Positions 35,013 to 40,472 of a stretch of 40,472 bases of DNA are shown here, one piece after another. The position numbers were made by a program, and so were the translations under genes. Location of the stretch: the IMG/VR virus record IMGVR_UViG_3300020044_003857, positions 1 through 40,472 of that record; one strand, 5' to 3'. This DNA is from a virus (lineage: Duplodnaviria > Caudoviricetes). Numbering within the stretch: the stretch's first letter is position 1; the number at the start of each line of letters is the position of its first letter. The notes under the pieces were generated by a model. It searched no databases. It had not been told where the DNA came from and was given only the letters and a program-made list of their open reading frames with translations.

Positions 35013-35479
35013 GGTTTTTCCTTTATTAGGGGTTCACTGAACAACTTACGCTCGGCTTTGCGCCGGTTCACTAGGCCGGGAAGGATTCTTCCCGCTGCAT
35101 AGACCCACTTGTCAAACTCAGCCGCTGCGGCTTCATACTCACGCGCATTTAGCTTACGAAGCAAAGAACTCCGTGCCAAGGCTCCAGCACCTAGATTATA
35201 GGTAAAAGATACCAGCGCGTCGAACCTATTCTGATTGAGAGGGACGCTTGCAAGTTGATTAACAGAAGTGGCAAACTTCTTAACATCCTGCTTTAGGTAG
35301 TCAAGCGCCTGCACTTCGGTGATTACATCGCCCTTCTTGACTTTACGCCCGTCGGGATACACGGTCGTCCCGTAGCCAATTGTCCAAGGATCGCCCCCCG
35401 TACCGGGGTCAGGATAGGCTTTGAGTCGCAGACCTTCGAAGTCTGCAATGAGTTTCAGACCTCGGGCAGAGATTTGCAT
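35009..35479 (-). CDS. Endolysin, GH24 lysozyme
   Basis: FEGLRLKAYPDPG...WTIGYG (E-D-T triad), FDALVSFTYNLG, GLVNRR. Confidence 0.95.
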   Translation of the reverse strand: MQISARGLKLIADFEGLRLKAYPDPGTGGDPWTIGYGTTVYPDGRKVKKGDVITEVQALDYLKQDVKKFATSVNQLASVPLNQNRFDALVSFTYNLGAGALARSSLLRKLNAREYEAAAAEFDKWVYAAGRILPGLVNRRKAERKLFSEPLIKEKP

Positions 35480-35485
35480 AACGGA

Positions 35486-35827
35486 TTAGAGAGGATCTAC
35501 AAAGGGAAGCTGTACAACATTAGCACTAGCCAGAGCCTTTTCTCGCTCCATACGCCCCTGATGAAACGCGCTGATTGCCTCCAACCATTCATTCCCACCT
35601 GATTGAGCCAATACCCAAGCTTGAACGATAGGCTTGCTAACCTGTGCCAGCGGAACAAACGACTGTATATCCGCCGTATCTAACGTAGTGTCCCCGGCAT
35701 GGGTAGAGAAAAACCCATCAAGAGAAAACTTCATCGTCCACTCTACAGACACGATTACTTCTTGAAACCCATTAAGGCTAGGGTTTACATACACCTTAGT
35801 AACTCTGAACTCATACGGCAAACTCAT
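35486..35827 (-). CDS. Tail-fibre-associated protein
   Basis: VI.SVEW...F.PL..V....V..WV pattern common downstream of fibre genes. Confidence 0.6.
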   Translation of the reverse strand: MSLPYEFRVTKVYVNPSLNGFQEVIVSVEWTMKFSLDGFFSTHAGDTTLDTADIQSFVPLAQVSKPIVQAWVLAQSGGNEWLEAISAFHQGRMEREKALASANVVQLPFVDPL

Positions 35828-36264
35828 GGCTTTTCTGCCCCCAAAAATTGCGTAAGGATAAGCTGCCCGCTAGTGGGGATACCAGTATTTATATTCTGTG
35901 AATAAGAGCTTGGATATTCTCTATAAATACCGTAATAGTTATCTAAACCCGATGTCGCAAAAAGCGAACCTCGGTAGTATGTGTAGATCCCCGAAGTATA
36001 GGCGGATGTCCCGTATGCTACTTGCGCTATAGTTGTACCCGCCCATACAATATAAGTCGAACTGGTATCAGAATTATCCTCAAACATATAATTGGGGACG
36101 TTTTGATTCTCACCAGACGAAGGCTCCCGTGCTGTAAAGTTTACAGTTTTGGACGCGGGTACATACGATCCGCCACGATAATATTCCTTTAGCCGTCCGG
36201 TTCCACCAAACAAGTTAGTGATATTACGTATGCTAATTGGGGGCGAAGACTGTAGGAAAGGCAT
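35824..36264 (-). CDS. Putative fibre-tip adhesin
   Basis: LQSS.PIS...I...FGG...L.EYYRGG N-terminus and IPTSG.L....F.G C-terminus bracket a Tyr-rich segment; follows the S74-type fibre. Confidence 0.6.
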   Translation of the reverse strand: MPFLQSSPPISIRNITNLFGGTGRLKEYYRGGSYVPASKTVNFTAREPSSGENQNVPNYMFEDNSDTSSTYIVWAGTTIAQVAYGTSAYTSGIYTYYRGSLFATSGLDNYYGIYREYPSSYSQNINTGIPTSGQLILTQFLGAEKP

Positions 36265-36266
36265 GT

Positions 36267-38591
36267 TTATTTTTCCAGAGCTTCAATACGGGCGCGAAGG
36301 CGCTGCACTTCTTTAGCAAGTTCGACACAAGCTACAAGGGCAGCATTACCGTAGGAAACCGCCAAAAATCCGTTTTCACCTTCGTGAACTGCTTCCGGAA
36401 GGACAGACTGCAAGGACTGCGCGGTAACACCAACCTGTCGGGCACCGGAACTGATCTTCGTATAGGTGCCGTACTTAACACCTGCAAGACCCTCTAAAAA
36501 TCCTGCGCCTAAATCGTTCCAGTCTTCCTTAAGACGCTCGTCCGAAGCGGCAACAAAGTCGTTGGCGTAAACGTAATCAATATTAGGATTACAGTAAATA
36601 CCATCAGTATTATAAAGACTGCTACCCGAGTTCCACACCATCCGGTATGTACTAGCGGCGTTGCTATCAGTAACTGTGATGTTGGTTGCGTTTGTTGCGT
36701 TTGTTGCGTTTGTTGCAGTTGTTGCACTACCAGCAGTTGTTGCATAAGTGACGGAAGCCCCGTCAACATATTGTTTAGTAGCCGCGCCTAGCGCAACCGA
36801 AGGGTTTGCATTAAGGATGAGCGCCCCGGTCATCGTGTCCCCGGTTTTATTCACCGGAGTAAAACCAAGAGAGTTCTGTTTTGCGCTGAGGCCTGTATCT
36901 ACATACTGTTTAGTTGCAGCACCGAGGTTAGCAGAGGGATCCGCGTTAAGGACCAGTAGACCGGTCATCGTGTCCCCGGCTTTATTTACTGCTGTAAATC
37001 CTAACGAAGCTTGTTTTGTGGCGAGGCCGGTATCGACGTATTGCTTGGTAGCTGCACCAAGATTAACAGAAGGATCTGCGCTAAGAACAAGCGCCCCGGT
37101 CATTGTGTCACCGGCTTTATTTACTGGGGTATATCCGAGGCCGGTTGAAGCATCTACGTACGCTTTAGTGGCGGCATGCAATGCCGAAGAAGGAGCGCCC
37201 GAGAGGGTCAGAAGACCCGTCATCGTATCTCCAGCTTTATTTACTGGAGTGAACCCTAACGAAGCCTGTTTTGTATTGAGTCCGTTATCTACGTACTGCT
37301 TAGTAGAGGCTTGAAGGTTAGTGGCGGGGTCACCGGATAAAGTAAGTGCGCCGGTCATTGTGTCACCGGCTTTATTTACTGCTGTAAACCCGAGGGACGC
37401 CTGTTTAGTAGCTAATCCAGTATCAACGTAACCTTTAGTTGCCGCTCCAAGCGTAGCAGACGGATCAGCATTGAGGACCAACGAACCCGTCATTGTGTCA
37501 CCGGCTTTATTTACCGGAGTGAACCCTAACGAAGCTTGTTTTGTGGCGAGTCCGTTATCTACATATTGTTTAGTCGCTGCGCCAAGCGTAGCGGAAGGAT
37601 CACCAGACAGAACCAACAGACCTGTCATCGTATCCCCAGCTTTATTCACTGGGGTATAGCCAAGACCCGATTGAGCGTCTACATATGCCTTGGTTGCAGC
37701 GTGAAGAGCAACCGTCGGGGGGCCAGAGAGGGTCAACAGACCCGTCATTGTGTCGCCGGCTTTATTTACAGGGGTATACGCAAGTGTGTTTTGTTTTGTG
37801 CCAAGACCGTTATCAACGTACTGCTTAGTAGCTGCGCCAAGCGCAGCAGAAGGGTCGGCAGACAGAACCAACAGGCCCGTCATTGTGTCACCGGCTTTAT
37901 TCACGGGGGTGAAACCCAGCCCACCAGCAGCAACAGCAGTATCAACGTATCCTTTAGTAGCGGCACCAAGCGTAGCAGACGGAGCGCCAGAAAGAACTAG
38001 CAGACCCGTCATTGTGTCACCGGCCTTATTAACCGGAGTAAATCCTAGATTCGACTGAGCATCAACGTAGGCTTTAGTAGCGGCATGCAGCGCCACCGTT
38101 GGGGGACCAGAAAGAGTCAACAGACCCGTCATCGTGTCTCCAGCTTTATTTACTGGAGTGAACCCAAGCGTAGTTTGCTTACCGCTTACAGCGTCAATTA
38201 CATCTGTTCCGTTACACAGAACTACTGAAGTCAAGCCGTTAGCAATCGTAACCCCCGATCCGGCTGCGGTTTTCAGGACAATACTTTGTCCACCGGTTGT
38301 GGCGTTACGCACCACATAGAGCTTCGAAACACTCGGGCAAACGATGTTACGGGTAGCGGAAAGGGAGACTGATGAAGTGATGTTTAGCGCCATTGACCGG
38401 GCTTGGTCAGTAGCGCCGTTATTAGAGGTCAGCGTGTAATCGGCATTTGTGATACTTACAGTGCTATACCCAGCAATCGCCTGCTCAATCAGCGTACCAA
38501 GGTTGGTATTGGTAGTAACACCCCAAGTACCGGATTGGTCACCAGTACCGATAAGTTCGGTACGGAGGTTTGGTGAGTAAGTCGAAGGCAT
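36267..38591 (-). CDS. Tail fibre with 11 tandem repeats and peptidase S74 chaperone
   Basis: N-terminal adaptor region (MPSTYS...GTWG.TTN.N); repeats LG(F/Y)TPVNKAGDTMTG...AATK.YVD; SDERLKE; terminal coiled coil. Confidence 0.9.
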   Translation of the reverse strand: MPSTYSPNLRTELIGTGDQSGTWGVTTNTNLGTLIEQAIAGYSTVSITNADYTLTSNNGATDQARSMALNITSSVSLSATRNIVCPSVSKLYVVRNATTGGQSIVLKTAAGSGVTIANGLTSVVLCNGTDVIDAVSGKQTTLGFTPVNKAGDTMTGLLTLSGPPTVALHAATKAYVDAQSNLGFTPVNKAGDTMTGLLVLSGAPSATLGAATKGYVDTAVAAGGLGFTPVNKAGDTMTGLLVLSADPSAALGAATKQYVDNGLGTKQNTLAYTPVNKAGDTMTGLLTLSGPPTVALHAATKAYVDAQSGLGYTPVNKAGDTMTGLLVLSGDPSATLGAATKQYVDNGLATKQASLGFTPVNKAGDTMTGSLVLNADPSATLGAATKGYVDTGLATKQASLGFTAVNKAGDTMTGALTLSGDPATNLQASTKQYVDNGLNTKQASLGFTPVNKAGDTMTGLLTLSGAPSSALHAATKAYVDASTGLGYTPVNKAGDTMTGALVLSADPSVNLGAATKQYVDTGLATKQASLGFTAVNKAGDTMTGLLVLNADPSANLGAATKQYVDTGLSAKQNSLGFTPVNKTGDTMTGALILNANPSVALGAATKQYVDGASVTYATTAGSATTATNATNATNATNITVTDSNAASTYRMVWNSGSSLYNTDGIYCNPNIDYVYANDFVAASDERLKEDWNDLGAGFLEGLAGVKYGTYTKISSGARQVGVTAQSLQSVLPEAVHEGENGFLAVSYGNAALVACVELAKEVQRLRARIEALEK
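36762..38170. repeat. 11 degenerate 120-135 bp coding repeats
   Basis: Counted in the translation; units of 40, 43 or 45 aa. Confidence 0.9.
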
Positions 38592-38592
38592 C

Positions 38593-39015
38593 TCAGTTCG
38601 CTCTTAAAATTGCTGTGCCAGCATTGGGGAGGGGCATCTGTATGACGAGGTTGCCGCCACTCATAACCATGTTGGTTCCGAAATCGAAAGCTATAACAGC
38701 GCGATTTGCTTTAGTGACGTTATAAATTAGAGCCTTACCATAGGTCAGCGTCACGGAACTAAACGTCACATCAGCGAAGTCGATAACAACCGTACTTTCG
38801 ACTAGCGTCGGGCTGATGGAGGTAAGAACAACTCCACCTGCGGTGTATCCGGGACCAGTAACTTCACCTGTTGTTGTGTAAGCTGTTGTTGACGCACTGA
38901 TCGTAGACGCTGACGTATAAAGCGCGATTTTAAATGTGTCGCCTGTCGATGCCGTGAAATCATGGATCGCCTTAAAGAGTTCGACTTTGAAGGAGTTACA
39001 GACGACTTGTGGCAT
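38593..39015 (-). CDS. Virion structural protein
   Basis: CNSFK.EL....HDF....GDTFKIALY...YTAGG..L pattern typical of tail-region proteins. Confidence 0.75.
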   Translation of the reverse strand: MPQVVCNSFKVELFKAIHDFTASTGDTFKIALYTSASTISASTTAYTTTGEVTGPGYTAGGVVLTSISPTLVESTVVIDFADVTFSSVTLTYGKALIYNVTKANRAVIAFDFGTNMVMSGGNLVIQMPLPNAGTAILRAN

Positions 39016-39016
39016 A

Positions 39017-39646
39017 TTACTTCACCGGATAACGGACCTGATCGCTGCGGAACGTGTCCTGACGATTCTTGGCATCCGCAAGCTGCTTGAGAAGCGCCGC
39101 TGCTTCTTTGAATTTTGCTTCGTAGACCTGCAACAGATCCGCATCGCCCTTCATAAACGTATAGGCTTCGACTAGAGAGCCATACAGAAGTACAGAACTG
39201 AAGTTTTCTCCAAGCCAACTTGTACCCGCAGGGAGAGTTATCGAGTCCGGATAACCGAAGTAAGCTACGTTTACTGGATAAACTGCGCTCGGGATCGGGG
39301 CGAGTGTAATCTCATACGCTTGAGACAGTGCGTAATACTGCGGCTGACCGGTAGCTGTCGTCGGGAATGCTTCCCGCAAGAACGTAAAGTCCTTGTTCAT
39401 TAGGTAGGCTTGCGTCCCCGAGGGCAACTGAAGCGCGACCGAGAAGGTAGACAGATAGTCAGCAGGTAGCGTAAGCGTAGCTACACCAATACTCGTAGAC
39501 AGAGTTGAATACTTAAAAGACGCGGGAAGCTGTACGGCATTAGCAATCCTTTGCTCTGCCTGCGTAATAAAAGTATTAACGTCAGCCGTAGAGAACGAAT
39601 TCTCCGTATACGACTGAATCTCTGTTACAAGCTCCGAGTAGTTCAT
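39017..39646 (-). CDS. Head-tail adaptor / tail tubular protein A-like
   Basis: MNYSELVTEIQ.Y.E...FI.QAE.RI; G.P.YY; LLYGSL.EA..FMKG. Confidence 0.75.
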   Translation of the reverse strand: MNYSELVTEIQSYTENSFSTADVNTFITQAEQRIANAVQLPASFKYSTLSTSIGVATLTLPADYLSTFSVALQLPSGTQAYLMNKDFTFLREAFPTTATGQPQYYALSQAYEITLAPIPSAVYPVNVAYFGYPDSITLPAGTSWLGENFSSVLLYGSLVEAYTFMKGDADLLQVYEAKFKEAAALLKQLADAKNRQDTFRSDQVRYPVK

Positions 39647-39840
39647 TTGCTAAGCGCGACGTTCTTCAGAAACTTAGTACCCTTGGTGGCGGCACCTGCA
39701 CCACGCATGGTGCTGTACTCTTTCTGACCCACACCGGGGGCAAACTTACCTTTAGTCCACACACCGGCTTTACCGATATCCGTTTGAGGATAGCCAGCAG
39801 TATTGGGCACGGGGACTGACTTGGGTTGAGCGGTCTTCAT
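39643..39840 (-). CDS. Small basic protein
   Basis: RGAGAATKG motif; coupled to neighbours. Confidence 0.75.
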   Translation of the reverse strand: MKTAQPKSVPVPNTAGYPQTDIGKAGVWTKGKFAPGVGQKEYSTMRGAGAATKGTKFLKNVALSK

Positions 39841-39995
39841 TTGGTTTTGCTCCGCTGATTCATGACGCGAGCCATGTTGCGACCGTACTTCTTGGCATCC
39901 ATCGAAGTCACACCACCGGCCTTGAAACCTTTTGGGTGCGCTTTAGCCATAGGAGTCCGCATGTGTGCGGCGAGGGTTTTCTTAATAGAATTCAT
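39837..39995 (-). CDS. Small basic protein (52 aa, absent from the ORF track)
   Basis: MNSIKKTLAAHMRTPMAKAHPKGFKAGGVTSMDAKKYGRNMARVMNQRSKTK; AAGGA RBS; ATGA overlap with the next gene. Confidence 0.75.
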   Translation of the reverse strand: MNSIKKTLAAHMRTPMAKAHPKGFKAGGVTSMDAKKYGRNMARVMNQRSKTK

Positions 39996-40125
39996 ATCAC
40001 ATCCTTTCAATGCAGTCTAGGCTAAAAATTAAACGGTCTTATACTAAGTATAACGGGTCTACAGGGAAATTGAGTACAGATCGACCGCGCTTAAGTCTAA
40101 TTTGTATACTCTAGGTAATAGTTAA

Positions 40126-40472
40126 TCACACTGTTATCGCCTGAAGTTCAGAGTTTGGCAGTCGTATGTTGTAATACTTGATGCGCCGGATGTAACCACA
40201 AAGAAAATTTCCCGCAGCCCCAAAAGCCCCAATGTCAATTCTTGTTGTTGCCGGATAACCAAAGGCGACTGATGCAGTTTGTACTGCGTTGCCTTGCGAG
40301 CAAATAAATCGGTTTGCTATGTTATATGCGGAACACGCCTTTGCAATTGGGCCAGTGATATCGGCAGAAGTACCAGAAATGCTAGTCCCATCATAAGAAG
40401 CAACAACGTCACTGGACGCTCCGATATAAAAATATCGCTTGTTTGATGTCGCATCCCCGCCAAGCACGCCTC
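40126..40472 (-). CDS. C-terminal part of a structural protein (LamG/concanavalin-like end), truncated by the window
   Basis: GYIRRIKYYNIRL.NSELQAIT ending; frame is open to the window edge. Confidence 0.6.
   Translation of the reverse strand, partial: GVLGGDATSNKRYFYIGASSDVVASYDGTSISGTSADITGPIAKACSAYNIANRFICSQGNAVQTASVAFGYPATTRIDIGAFGAAGNFLCGYIRRIKYYNIRLPNSELQAITV

Noticed and set aside
36267-38591. Diversity-generating retroelement acting on the tail fibre
   Set aside because: No reverse transcriptase and no adenine-specific TR/VR pair seen; the repeats are in-frame structural units.
40114-40126. Partial early 12-mer (ATTAACTATTAC on the minus strand)
   Set aside because: Only a half-site in AT-rich DNA; chance cannot be excluded.
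1-40472. Alternative genetic code or prophage boundaries
   Set aside because: Standard code gives dense full-length genes using all three stops; no host genes, integrase or att-like junction were seen.

Overview
This window is a 40.5 kb fragment of a dsDNA tailed phage genome (podovirus-like; host not determinable, probably Gram-negative) with two convergent arms meeting near 20.4 kb. The + arm (1-20419) carries putative early genes: a DUF3150-like protein, a MoxR-type AAA+ ATPase, a metallopeptidase/vWA protein and many small ORFs. A replication module follows: DUF3310, VRR-NUC, family A DNA polymerase, Cas4/RecB-like nuclease, HNH, SNF2 helicase, SSB-like protein, HTH protein, primase-helicase and a second HNH. 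The - arm (20381-40472) carries virion genes: adaptor, repeat-rich tail fibre with S74 chaperone, endolysin, holin, tail tube/stabilisation protein and probable ejection proteins, including a GH73 hydrolase and a 2122-aa polyvalent protein. I saw no terminase, portal, capsid, integrase, tRNA or CRISPR array. The most striking signal is non-coding. Five consecutive early genes share the extended RBS GGAGCTAC. A structured intergenic RNA at about 12705-12880 displays its exact antisense (TTAGTAGCTCC) next to a copy of the 16S anti-SD (CCTCCTTA). A 12-bp palindrome, TTAACTARTTAA, which is a stop in all six frames, sits at six early gene junctions. A second structured RNA with an anti-SD hairpin lies at about 2871-3025. 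Together these suggest a phage-encoded sRNA/RBS-code system for shutting off early genes. All family assignments are by eye from motifs; no searches were run.
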